A DNA stretch of 64,000 bases from Octopus bimaculoides (Eukaryota), in the NCBI RefSeq assembly GCF_001194135.2, contig NC_068988.1, forward strand, positions 35,931,962 through 35,995,961, in the 5' to 3' direction. The notes below the pieces were generated by a model. That model saw only the letters and a list, made by a program, of their open reading frames with translations, did not search any database and was not told where the DNA came from. Positions within the stretch are counted from its first letter, which is position 1, and every line of letters begins with the position of its first letter. The position numbers and the translations under genes are program-made. This document shows, piece by piece, positions 1 through 12,178 of the stretch.

Positions 1-182
1 TGTAAATAGGTGTGATAAATAAAGAATATGCTTTCATGAGTCCCTTCACAAGTAATCATCATGGATTCTTTTTAATTTCTAGATATATTTTTTTTAATTT
101 GTGACTCTTGTAACTCTATCACATATTTATCTTATATTCACATGCAGCAGCTCTGTATATTGTGAATGATTGAGTACTTTCT

Positions 183-293
183 GGAAGCAGGCAGAATCAT
201 TAACACGCCGAACAAAATGCTTATTCGTATTTCGCACGTCTTTACGCCCTTAGTCTAAATTTCATCAAGGTGGTCGATTTGCTTTACATCCTC
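183..293 (+). mobile_element. tRNA-derived SINE, family A (partial, diverged)
   Basis: ggcagaatcattaacacgccgaacaaaatgctt...gtcgatttgctttacatcc aligns by eye to copies at 17372-17584(-) and 34616-34833(+). Confidence 0.6.
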
Positions 294-380
294 TCACAAA
301 AGAGAACACACACATATATATGTTTGTGTACATATATATAAATATATATATATGTTGTATATATATATATATATATATAT

Positions 381-1179
381 NNNNNNNNNNNNNNNNNNNN
401 NNNNNNNNNNNNNNNNNNNNNNNNNNNNNNNNNNNNNNNNNNNNNNNNNNNNNNNNNNNNNNNNNNNNNNNNNNNNNNNNNNNNNNNNNNNNNNNNNNNN
501 NNNNNNNNNNNNNNNNNNNNNNNNNNNNNNNNNNNNNNNNNNNNNNNNNNNNNNNNNNNNNNNNNNNNNNNNNNNNNNNNNNNNNNNNNNNNNNNNNNNN
601 NNNNNNNNNNNNNNNNNNNNNNNNNNNNNNNNNNNNNNNNNNNNNNNNNNNNNNNNNNNNNNNNNNNNNNNNNNNNNNNNNNNNNNNNNNNNNNNNNNNN
701 NNNNNNNNNNNNNNNNNNNNNNNNNNNNNNNNNNNNNNNNNNNNNNNNNNNNNNNNNNNNNNNNNNNNNNNNNNNNNNNNNNNNNNNNNNNNNNNNNNNN
801 NNNNNNNNNNNNNNNNNNNNNNNNNNNNNNNNNNNNNNNNNNNNNNNNNNNNNNNNNNNNNNNNNNNNNNNNNNNNNNNNNNNNNNNNNNNNNNNNNNNN
901 NNNNNNNNNNNNNNNNNNNNNNNNNNNNNNNNNNNNNNNNNNNNNNNNNNNNNNNNNNNNNNNNNNNNNNNNNNNNNNNNNNNNNNNNNNNNNNNNNNNN
1001 NNNNNNNNNNNNNNNNNNNNNNNNNNNNNNNNNNNNNNNNNNNNNNNNNNNNNNNNNNNNNNNNNNNNNNNNNNNNNNNNNNNNNNNNNNNNNNNNNNNN
1101 NNNNNNNNNNNNNNNNNNNNNNNNNNNNNNNNNNNNNNNNNNNNNNNNNNNNNNNNNNNNNNNNNNNNNNNNNNNNNNN
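381..1179. other. Assembly gap flanked by (TA)n and (TG)n microsatellites
   Basis: Run of N. Other large gaps at 12505-12587, 16786-16997, 19940-20495, 27136-27387, 29000-29751, 30664-31293, 33483-33622, 36973-37179, 49152-49899, 51932-52241, 53036-53476, 56171-56426 and 58453-58902; most abut microsatellites. Confidence 0.98.
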
Positions 1180-1223
<44 letters not shown>

Positions 1224-2131
1224 TGAGTGTATGTATGTATGTATGTATGCATGTATGTATGTATGTCAGTATGTAATTATTTATTCTTAATAGAATTTAG
1301 GATAAAATTACGTTAATGATTATATCGAGTGGCCAGCACGAAATAAAAGCTTGTAGGTAATTTATATACTAAATAAATAATTATATATATAATTATATAA
1401 TTATATTAAAGAGATCAGGAAAGAACTAACTCTAGCATGCTAAAATTGGACGCTAAAGGCACTAAAAAATCACTGTATAGCCACTACAAAGCAACAATAA
1501 ATAATAAAATATTTTTGCACCTGATCGAAAACGCATTTCCTGCGAGGCTATTCCTATAAGAAACCCGTAGTTGAAGAAAAATTTGACTTGATCTGGTGCA
1601 TAAACACAAATATTTGTATATGGGCGTGTACCTTTGATCTGTTTGAGTATGTATAAGTATCTGTGATTATGTTCTTTGAATTGTGCTGATGGTAGGAAAT
1701 AGTCTTGTTTATTGCTTTAATCTCCAAATTGGTCTCAATATACAATTTACTTTGAAGTTTTATTTAGTATTTTTCATTTGCCCGCATACATCCTGTGTTT
1801 TGTAGGAGTTATGCAGTGGTCTTTATAGAGCGTTTGGCGTCTACTTTCACCATGCTGGAGAAGGTTCTTTCCTGACCCCTTTAATATAATCATACAATTA
1901 TATGTATAATTATTAATTTAGTATGTGCGTATATATATATAGTAACAGTACTGCAAAATAAAAATCTATTTGTCAACGTAAAGTTTTCCAGCTTGCTATC
2001 GACGCACAACTGCATCCTTATACCCCGAACATAATACATTATGTACGTTATTTACATTTGGCTGATATTTGTCCTCATCTTCTTTGTTGTTAACACAACG
2101 TTTCGGTTCTAATTCCTAGGGTAATTTTTGA

Positions 2132-2148
2132 TGTTGTTGTTGTTGTTG

Positions 2149-2225
<77 letters not shown>

Positions 2226-2285
2226 GTTGTTGTTGTTGTTGTTGTTTTTGTTGTTGCTGTTGTTATTATTATTATTATTATTATT
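2132..2285. repeat. Compound (GTT)n/(ATT)n microsatellite
   Basis: Directly visible; source of the poly-L and poly-I/T pseudo-ORFs. Confidence 0.97.
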
Positions 2286-2455
2286 AAATTCAAATTACGA
2301 CAAACGTAAATAAACAAACGAAGTTTGCTTTTAGAAGCGTTGAGATGTCTTTTTAGAAAGGTAAAGAAGTGATTCTTAAATTCTCAATCGCAGAATAATG
2401 CTAATAATATAGCCTGAACAGGATAAACTATCCCTATTTTGCAGAGAAAAGTGTA

Positions 2456-2533
2456 GGTGACTAGCTGTGGACACGAACTCACATCCCCGTCATTACATGT
2501 GATGATGCTTTGACCGATTAAGCTAAACTACCC
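2456..2533 (-). pseudogene. Degenerate tRNA-like sequence (Thr/UGU-like loop): SINE head or tRNA pseudogene
   Basis: Minus strand gggtagtttagcttaatcggtcaaagcatcatcacatgtaatgacggggatgtgagttcgtgtccacagctagtcacc. D-arm GCTT/AAGC, A-box and B-box (GAGTTCG), anticodon arm CATCA-catgtaa-TGACG; acceptor and T stems imperfect. Confidence 0.5.
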
Positions 2534-2553
2534 ACTACAAATTCAGTCACCTA

Positions 2554-2555
<2 letters not shown>

Positions 2556-2638
<83 letters not shown>

Positions 2639-2748
2639 ATTATTATTATTATTATCATTATTATTATTATTCAGGTCACTGCTTGGAATCGGACTCGGAA
2701 TATTGGGGTTAGTAGCCTGCACTCTTAACCACTACGCCATATATCCCC
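2556..2748 (-). mobile_element. Short tRNA-derived SINE with long (AAT)n tail
   Basis: Minus strand ggggatatatggcgtagtggttaagagtgc...ccgagtccgattcc...gacctga: A-box TGGCGTAGTGG and degenerate B-box, directly followed by ~115 bp of (AAT)n. Confidence 0.75.
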
Positions 2749-3149
2749 ACTCACCCTTAAACGGTACCTGCGGAACATTATTTCTGTTTTATTTCACTTC
2801 ATCGGCACAAGTTAACCGTTAGCTAGAGATGGAAGCATTAAGCATTGTTGGTGGTATATACTTTTAAAGTGACATACAAACACTGATCTCGTAAAGAGGA
2901 AAACAATTTGTTTTAATTTTTTGAGCGAGACATAAGTAGTAACAGAAGAGAGATTAAATCTATTTGCCTAATGTGGTAGCCCTGATTAGAACGACCCAGA
3001 CACCATGGTCCGCAAGTATCGTTTAAGGCTGAGTGGGGACACTAACTCTCTTGTTCGAGGCATAAGCATGCAGTTGAGTATCGGTAGCCAGCTGCAAAAG
3101 ATGTTTTCCTGGGTCTAAGATCGTTCATTTCACATTGACAAATATATTT

Positions 3150-3210
<61 letters not shown>

Positions 3211-3211
3211 T

Positions 3212-4247
3212 ACTATCAATGCATTCCCGCGTTTCCCGCGTGTTATGACCTAAAGCAACGTTGTATTACACTTGTTCCTTTCTTAAGGGCAGAATCTGCA
3301 GATCTGATATATAGGGAGCTGGATTACTGGCGTCATGAAAGTTTTTGTCTGTTCAAAAGTGAAGGGAGAAGGGTACATTTTTCATGGGTTTGCATGAAAG
3401 TGCTTTTTGTTCTTAAGAAGGGTTAGGGTTAGGGTTAGGGTTATAAAAAGGGGTTAATACGATTTTGCCCAGAAATCACATTTTGAAAATTTTTATTTCT
3501 CCCAGGAACCACTGCAATTTCTTAATTTGTAGTATTTTTCGATTTTTTTCATCCACGTAGGAAAATACATGGGAATTACAAATCAGCAACATATATACAT
3601 TTTTTAAAGTTATTTTTTTTGAACATCACTCAATGTCTTTTCCTCCACCTTTTCCATCCATCACCTACCCAATTTCAAAAAGTTAGAACCTCCAAATATT
3701 TCATTTTCGTTTGATGTTTCACGCATGCGTATAATTGTAGTGAAATAGCACACGAAAAAATAATATCAGGGCACCACCAGAAAAACTGACATGCTAGCAA
3801 CAATAAGTAAATGACATTAGTTTTGAAGAAACTTCTCATCTCTCCAAAATCCTAAAATTGAAACATTGGGAGTTTGTAGATTTTGAAAGTGGTAAGGTGA
3901 TTGATGAATTTCTGGGACGGCGATTTTTTGTTTCTTTAATAAAAGAGGAAGAAGAAAATACTTAAAGATTCCTACTCTCAGTTTTTTTTCTCCGTGCATT
4001 ACCCAGAAAAAAAAAAATTCGAAAACATTATAATAACAAAGAAATTGGGGTAAGGAAGGAGAAAATTAAAACAATTGGGAACGTGTATTTTGAGCGAAAT
4101 CCTAATCTCCTGTATCAAAAACATAGGAATGGGAAAAAATGTAGGAAGAAATAAGGGAGGTGGGATGCAAATGTAACCTTGAACATGCTAGAAACAACTG
4201 GTAAAGGACAGCATTTCAGGGAAAGCTTTAAAGTTTATATCGAAGAT
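3212..4247 (+). mobile_element. Probable non-autonomous Helitron/Helentron-type (DINE-1-like) element
   Basis: Starts in (TA)n with actatc...cccgcgtttcccgcg, resembling the actag...cccg start of such elements; ends tttatatcgaagat; no ORF; internal telomeric repeat. Boundaries inferred. Confidence 0.4.
3420..3443 (+). repeat. Interstitial telomeric repeat (GGGTTA)4
   Basis: gggttagggttagggttagggtta, exactly four G-tracts. Confidence 0.92.
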
Positions 4248-5203
4248 CAGCTTTTTAAATACGCTCATCACAAACACATATTACAAAATAGAAAAAGGGC
4301 ATCCTAATTGGATTTGAGCTGTGATTTTGTGTGTGCACCCTCAAGAAATAACATAATTCGTACAGAAGTTTCACCTAGAGTGTGTATGTGCGTGTGCGTG
4401 TGCGTAAGTGTGCATGTGCATGTGTGTATGCTAAAGGAAGTTATTTTATGGAATTCTTTCGTTTGAAGCAGCAAAGTTGTCAGCTCGATCATATGGTCGA
4501 TTATATGAGATCATATGATTGTTCGGTAATTACTGTAAAAAGTTTTTATCTCTTTATGCTTTGAAGAAAGAAACCGAAAGAGAGGAGAAAGTGAAGACAT
4601 TTGCTTTGAAGTGAGAGCAGAAAGTGTAAGAGAAGCTAAAGGGAAAGATGTATGTACGTGTATATGAAATGGACGTGTGTGTCTGTGCACGCATGCATGT
4701 GTGCGTGAAAGAGAGTGTGAGTGAATGAGTGAAGGTGTGTGTTGTATTGTATATATATATTTTGTATGTATGTGTAAGTTGCACTCATTTGCTCTTTCTA
4801 TCTCTCTCTTACAAAAAGACACATTATCTTTCATATTATCTTACAGGTACATAAATAAATGTGCATGTTTTCCGTAAGTCTGTGTGCGTGGGCATGAGAG
4901 AGAGAGCGAGAGGGGGTGATGCTGTATTCCCTCATAACATATAGAGAAATGGACGTCTTTTAATGAATTTTTTTCGGTTGTGGCGTATTTTAATATAATA
5001 TTTATGTGTACATTTCCATAAATGTTTCCCTGAGTAGAATTCTGCGCATGCATGAAACATCAAACGAAAGTGAAACATGAGAATCAAATCGAAATATTGC
5101 CGGGAATTACCTCAAAATTGTGAGACCCGCTATCTTTTCCGAGGTTATTTTGTAGTAAAAATGAGTTGTACCAAAAACATAGCTTATTTAGTAGCATTTA
5201 TAC

Positions 5204-6188
5204 TTAGTCATCCCATAAATAATGCAGTAAACAGGGAGCGGACAATAAGCGTAAGCCAGCGAGAACTGCGGTTCTAGAAATTCAGAACCGGAAACTAAAG
5301 CCTAAAAGACGAGCCTCCTCCAGGAAGATCTGTAGAGCTCGATGAGGACGTCCTGCAAACGCTGGTGGAAGAAAATCCCATCGTAACTGTTGAGAAACTA
5401 GCAGAGAAACTTCGATTTAATCATTCAACTAATCATTTAAGTCAGCGCTAGAAGAAAATGGCAATGTTTGGTTTCAAGTATATTTTTGTACTTTTATTTC
5501 TCAAAATTATGATAAACAAATTTCTTTTTTTCCGTCCAAATTATTTTGAAGACAGCGGAATAAATGATTATCAAATGGGACTATGTCGAGCAAATATGGT
5601 GGGTGGGACATCGTTCCCAATTCAAACTGCTCCAGCCTTTAAAATATCACCCTCTCTGTATATGACTGAGCGTTGTTCTCATGGAAGAGCACGTTTTCGT
5701 CTTGAAACCAAACATGGCCATTTTCTTCTAGCGCTGACTTAAAAAATGATTGGTTGAATGACTAAATCCAAGTTTCTCTGCTAGTTTCTTCCACCAGGGT
5801 TTGCAGGATGTCCTCGTCGAGCTCTACAGATCTTCCTGGAGGAGGCTTGTCTTTTAGGTTTTATTTTCCGGCTCGGAATTTCTGGAAACACAGTTGACGC
5901 TGGCTTACGCTTATTGTCCGATCCATATTTACTGCATTAATATTCTTTACACTTTCTGTTGCTTTATTACCTTTATTGAACTCATATAGTAAAATATGCC
6001 AAATAGGCTCGTTCGTTACTTTGAAACATTAACTGTTAAAATCGAACTGAAAACTTCAAAGCATGTACTAAAGAATAACGGCAAAGCAAAATTATTACCT
6101 GCAATTTGATGCAGGTAGTTTATCCCATCACCCTCCGACTTTTAGTTTATGCAATTGAAAAATCTATATTACTTTATGGGATACACAT
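5204..6188. mobile_element. Palindromic mariner derivative made of two inward-facing 5' ends
   Basis: Arms 5219-5478 and 5701-5940 are inverted and about 90% identical over a 131-bp stretch compared by eye. The minus-strand right arm translates to a mariner N-terminus (VTNEPIWHILLYEFNKGNKATESVKNINAV...LKDKPPPGRSVELDEDILQT). TIR remnants atcccataaa (5210) and tttatgggat (6173). Confidence 0.85.
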
Positions 6189-6497
6189 CGCCAGTCTCGT
6201 AATATAACACTTGGTGATTTTGGTTCAAATCGGAAGTGTGAAACTATTTTCACTTTCTAATGAAACCTGGTCATCGCTGAGCAGTGTCTTTCAAATAACT
6301 AAAGCTGGTTATTGAGATAACGTAGAACATATCTAAATGGAAATAAAGTCTACTTGGTAGCCGAAAGTTTACTGAATCTGTTCATACCCCATATGTCAAA
6401 ATCGGCAACTCAGTTTTCGAATGCATAAGCAAAATACTATACACCCCCGACGCACCACCCCTCACACACGCACAAACACAAAAACACACACACACAA

Positions 6498-6528
<31 letters not shown>

Positions 6529-6600
6529 ATCCCTGNNNNNNNNNNTACATACATACTTATACACACGCACATATATATATGTGTGTGTGCGTGTGTGTGT

Positions 6601-6730
6601 TGAATAAAATGAGAGAACAAAGCCAAGGCTGTGTGGAATTTATAGGACATTTATGAAGAGATACATAGTCTTACAGCTGTTTCTGGGATATTAGGGATAT
6701 CCCTTCGCCAGAGACGATATGAGAGAGTTA
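6601..6730 (-). mobile_element. 3' end of a Penelope-like (PLE) repeat family
   Basis: Reverse complement matches 57790-57936 (hammerhead + taaatgt.ct..aaattccacaca.ccttgg.tttgtt.tctcatttta) and joins an (AC)n tract. Confidence 0.65.
6668..6715 (-). ncRNA. Minimal type I hammerhead ribozyme-like motif (core variant A6G)
   Basis: GUCU CUGGCGA A GGGAUAU-CCCUA-AUAUCCC A GAAAC AGCU GUA/ AGAC: 4-bp stem I, 7-bp stem II, palindromic ACAGCUGU stem III. Confidence 0.7.
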
Positions 6731-7870
6731 ACTTTTTTTCTTCTTTCTCGCTCATAGAGTTGGTATCGTGCAGGTGTGTTTACTGATTATGTGAGTAGAC
6801 GACTGTCTTAAGCTGCTTTGCAGCTGTTTTCTGGTTGTGCTTTCTCTCCGCCTTGAGTAGGGTCTACAATGTCAACAGTAAAACACATGTTCTATTCGGA
6901 GTTTAGTGGGTTCGAAGTGTCCTCTTAGGAGGAGGAGCTCGTACGAGTAGTTGATAGAATGGACAAGTGCTCAAGGAAGAAAAGTTTTGCGGAATTGACA
7001 GGAGTCACAAAAAAGGAGCTGGACCTGACAAACATGGAGAAATACGAGAAAATGGCATGTAAGGTAGGTGGTGACGCTAAGTTGTCACCACCACAGAAAG
7101 TATTGGCGCGGTAACGATTCTTTGTGCCAGCTTGCCATCTTAATTTTGCTATCGCATTATAACGAGTTTTTCTTTTAATCAACATGCCGTGGTAAAAATT
7201 TCATTTCATTTCATTTAAATTTACAAAAATTCGTCGTCACTGCATCAACCTACATGAACAATGTATTTTTGTGTACATTAAAGAATTTAATTATGTATGT
7301 GTTTTTAGGTCTTATTGACAAGTAAAAAATAAATTATGTTACAATTTTATCTAAACAATTTAATTATGTTCTAACTAGTTGCAATAATATAAATTTAGAT
7401 AGATGGGACTGAAGAAAAGTTAGTGAAAGATCAATTAACGAACGGTGAAATATTTTCTAATTTTTTGTGATCAATGCACGACAGTTAGAAAATATATGGC
7501 AGGACAAATTGAATTATTCTCACCATAGCACATTATCACACTCTTGTAATTTCAAATCCTTCTGCCTGAGCAAAATCAATTAGAAGCAGAGAATTTGTGT
7601 CAGGTCGGTTGAATATTTTATTAAAAATATGCCTAGACAATCAGCACAAATAATTTCAAATCAACCAAATACATACAAACATGTATGTATGTATGTATTA
7701 TATGTATGCATGCATGTATGTATGTATGCATTCATACACACATACATACATGCATGCATACATACGTACATACATACATACACGTGTGCACGCACGCACG
7801 CATACTTCCATACATCCCTACATATACATAGACAGGCATGCAGACAGGCAGACAGACACACAATTAGAGC

Positions 7871-7914
<44 letters not shown>

Positions 7915-10349
7915 TATAGATAGATAGATAGATTAGCGTGTTTATATTTTGTGCATGCAAAAGAAAATATATAAACAGCCAAATTTATATTAGGCACAAA
8001 TTATTTCTTTATGTTGCATCATGTTTAATGTGTTGTTTTTTCCATTTGAAAATATTTAAATTTCATGCAGCGTCACGTCTTGTTTAAATTAATTCAGTCA
8101 AAACTCACCAGTTCTATTGCAGTTGTTGTTGATGATGGAAGAAAAGGCATGAATATTGAGATTGGGAACTATTAGACTTCTCCAAAAATTGCACCAGTTA
8201 ATTTTTAGATTCAGATTATGGAATTGCATCACTTGAATTTCCAGTAAATCTATGGGGTTTACTCACTGCAAAGTTAGTTACATTCGGACTATATTTAATG
8301 TTATAAATGCGATGACACGTACAGAAATATTGAACTATACGTTTATGCCAGATACATTATAGTAATTCGTTTGACTTTAGGTGAATAGAGATATAATAGA
8401 GACGGTAAACAGACGAAAAGCAACTTTAATGAAATTTGAATAAATGTCATTCCCAAATGGATTAGCAATGTAAATTACATGTTACAATTATCAAGTCGAG
8501 ACGAAAATAGAAAATGTTCTTTGTCTGAAGAGCTAATTTACATCGTAGTAATTCCCAACATTTTCTGCATTTCACATGTATAGAGAGGTAGTGATGAGAG
8601 GGATATGGCGCGTGTAGTAGGATACTAGTTAGCAAAAATATCGAAAGAATTTTCCAATATATTCTTGCACTAATTCAGTTTCTTGCCACCTTTAGAACAG
8701 AATAACACTTCTGTTTATACAACCTTGCACTCATTCGTTTTTTTGTTATTGTAAAATGAATATATCCGGCTTGTTATGTTTACACTTGACAGATATTTTG
8801 ATGACAATGTTCCATCAGATTTTCTGTTGTTGGACTAGAAATGCACAGCCCAGGAAGTGTAATGTGATGTGGGAGTCACGAGTCCAAGACAGACTGCGCT
8901 TCAATCGATATCACTGTTCTTCAAAACTTCGTGTAAAATATCCAAGCATAGTCTTTTTTTTTTTTTTTGCCCTATAGCTTCATACTCCTGCGAAGGTCAA
9001 TTTTAATTTTTATCATTTCAAGTTGATTAAGTACCAGTCAGATAGAATCATTATTATTAATTTACTACATTTTCAAATTCGAGACCTTCTTTGTATGCTA
9101 GATAATTATATTTTGACATATTTCTGCGCATTTAAATACTGTATGTCTGTAAAAAATTATTTCTAGGAACTGAAAAAAAATGATTTCTAATACTGCAATA
9201 AACTAGGTCTCAATGATTTAAGTATTATACACAGAATACTATTTCAAATTAATACTGCTTAATCTGCACGTAGTGAACGAAAATTTTCGCTAAAATTTAA
9301 ATGATTACATAATTTTAATATAATAATTATTCCAAAGGTATTATATGTTATTTGACTGTCATTATTATTTTTTTTTACAAATCATCTACTACTAATGCGA
9401 AGATAGCAACAAGTAGAAATTGATTTAATTTATGTAAAATAAATCACTGTATGACCTGTTAGACGGCTTGATACACAAAGACTATCAAGATTGCCACGAA
9501 ATCAATACTCACCCCAGTATGAGTTGAATATAGATTGTATATGTTACACAGGAAATATTTAAATTCCTATCGTCTTGTTTCCACTTTCTGCCATTTCTTT
9601 CACTTGCCCTACCTTGTAAATTTATTAACCTAAGGCAGACAAAAACAAACACATTTACAATAAAATGAATATATTGTATTGATAAAGTAATATGAAAAGC
9701 ATAAATGATGAAATAACAGAAACTTCTGTATAGAGAAATCTTACGAAAACAAAAAAAAAAAGAAATATTGTATAAAAAAAATAAGATACAAAATAAAGTA
9801 TGAATTCAGTTTTCTATTAAGAGTCGTGATGTTTATTTATATCTGAAATAATTGCCGAAATTGCTACACAATACTTATTCGGAAACAATTCATGTATCAT
9901 ATATAACTAATCGAAAATTAAGTAATTATTCTTCATTTGTAGGAAGATTGATATGGTATCTCTTATTCACACAGGGTTTCCATTAAAATATATACCAAAA
10001 TCTAATTGTCTAATTATCTATAGACAATATACGTACATTAAAAATGTGAAAGATTAATGCGTGTCTTGTGTGAGCATGTATATCTGCATATATAAAAGGC
10101 AGGATGTGTGTGTGTGTGTACGTGAATGTAATTCATGCATGTCCACAAATCAGCACGCATGTCCCTCCAATTTTAGGAGGACATTCGTCATGAATCTAGC
10201 AGTATTTTTGTCGACTTATTTTCCCCAGAGGCAATCCACAATTGTTTACAACAGGCGTTAAGTCCCCTTCTAGCGACGAGTAAGTTTTTGTTAAGACTTT
10301 TGTTATTTATTTTTCATCGAGGAAAAAAGAGTGTTGATATACGGGCAAC

Positions 10350-10380
<31 letters not shown>

Positions 10381-10529
10381 AACACACATACGAACATGTA
10401 TGCGTACAAAAATATGTATGCAATTGGTGTACGTACGTACATGTGCGTATGTGTGTGTGTGTGTTGACCACAATCTAGCAATCCGTTTTTCATTCTCTCG
10501 TACTCTTTCTTTCTTTCTTTCTTTCATAG

Positions 10530-10880
10530 TCCCTCCTCTATTCATTTTGATAAATACCATTCTCCTCCTAAGGTACATATCTATTCTCATAATTTCATTC
10601 ACGCTACATGACCCCTTTGAATGAACAGCACATGGAATGTATGTCTCCACACTATCCGTTTGTAATAACAAACTATGAACTCCTGTAGGAATCTACTTAA
10701 AATGGCCAAGATGAAATTCTAGCCATTCTACACAGCACTTTCCTTGAATAAGGAAACTGCAACTGTAACATCCTACATATATTTTTTATATTCATTTTTA
10801 TTCACTTATTTCCCTTTATACTTCCTATAGCCATCCTTTTCCAAAATAACTCCTTATGTTGAACTCTCCTATTTCCAGTT
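10530..10880 (+). mobile_element. Diverged copy of the same PLE-like repeat (ORF C-terminus, hammerhead lost)
   Basis: Homologous to 57480-57820. Frame YMTPLNEQHMECMSPHYPFVITNYELL*...ILAILHSTFLE*GNCNCNILH parallels the 57.5 kb copy. Confidence 0.55.
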
Positions 10881-11149
10881 CTATATTTCTATATCTCTAA
10901 ATGTCTCTTTATGTATTTATTTATTTTTTTAACGAAGAGCGGAAATACAAACACATGCGGGGACGTATAAAAACGAAAAAAAAAAATAATAAACGTATGA
11001 TATACATGAATGATACAACAAAAATGATAATGAAAATGAGCTATTTGCCCCACCTCAAGCAGCCTCACTTGCTTCCTTTTATCTTTTAAATTCCAAGTCC
11101 TTCAATATGTCTATACCATATTTCTCGGTCAGTTCCTTGTACTTTATAT

Positions 11150-12040
11150 TGTTCGGTATCGTCTTTAAATCACAATTCACCTTGCAACACTTATAACCCC
11201 TCTTGAAATTCAATATTTCGTCTTTTTGGCTTTCGGACACCAGAACACATGAGTGCCATCCACTGATGTTTGTCCATCCTTTGACATGGACAAATTTTGC
11301 AATCTTCTATTTTGTTATCTTGTTTAGCAGTTCCTCGTTCACACCTTCACCCATCATACACGCGAAACAATTTTCAGTCGGAAGGGGAGTTTGTTGAAAA
11401 TTGTGTGTCTGTATTTCTTTTTCTCTTGATGTGTGTAGCAGGGGAATGGGTGGGTTTAGTTTTTGTGGAGTGAGGGTGGGTCAGAGAGGTATGGAAGTGG
11501 TGGGTATGGTTTGGGGTTCTACTTCACTCTATCCTTTCTTCCTCTTCCTTTTTCTTCCTTCGGCAACAATCCACTGTTCTTCGTTTCTCTTTTCTTCCTC
11601 TTTCACTTTCTCCGGATCCTTTCCAACTTCCCCCTGACTTTTATACTTCTGTAGAGGGCAGTGTGCTCTAATGTAAACTTTTTGGCCACATTTAAAGCAA
11701 CGAGGGGTTATGCCCACGTTCTCAACACTACATCTCCAATGGTCACCGTTTCCACCACATTTTCCAGTGTCTCTGCAATGCTCTGTATGATCAGGTCCAA
11801 TGTTTGACTTTTCCATACGGAATTTTCTGTTTTCGTGGCTTGGGGGACGACTATTTCTGCTTTACTTCCTAGAAGAACAGCTGCTGCAACCCAAGCCACA
11901 TCTATTTGCGGTGGGTTTCCCTCCACCCTAATCCTTGAAGTCCTTCTGACTTGAAATGAACCACACTTGTTCCATATCTGCTTCCTCTTGCAAGATATGT
12001 TATGTCTTGCCAGACGGAGCACAACGCCTTTTCTATTATT
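11150..12040 (-). mobile_element. Non-LTR retrotransposon ORF1 (gag-like zinc knuckle) relic, Tx1/L1-like
   Basis: PRCFKCGQKVYIRAHCP is a CX2CX4HX4C knuckle with H>Y, followed by a basic/acidic tract; frameshifted with the upstream ORF 11708-12022. Confidence 0.6.
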
Positions 12041-12178
12041 TCTACCACAACATTTTCAAAGTTAACGCTTTAAACAAACCTGCTGACTTTCTGCCAAAAT
12101 TTGAAACATTACAACTTTATTGCTATATGCCGATGTCTTTTGTTGTTCGAGAAAAAATTGAACTAATAAAATGAATTA

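Noticed and set aside
284-1290. 300-aa ORFs here and at 28837-29897, 30580-31410, 48981-49963, 58385-59358 etc.
   Set aside because: They are runs of N plus translated microsatellites, not coding sequence.
1813-1870. Possible 58-nt plus-strand exon (ELCSGLYRAFGVYFHHAGE)
   Set aside because: Acceptable acceptor but poor donor (GTTCTT) and no supporting neighbours.
8756-8977. 73-aa ORF and an 18-nt microexon-like segment at ~8978-8995
   Set aside because: No domain similarity and weak donor sites.
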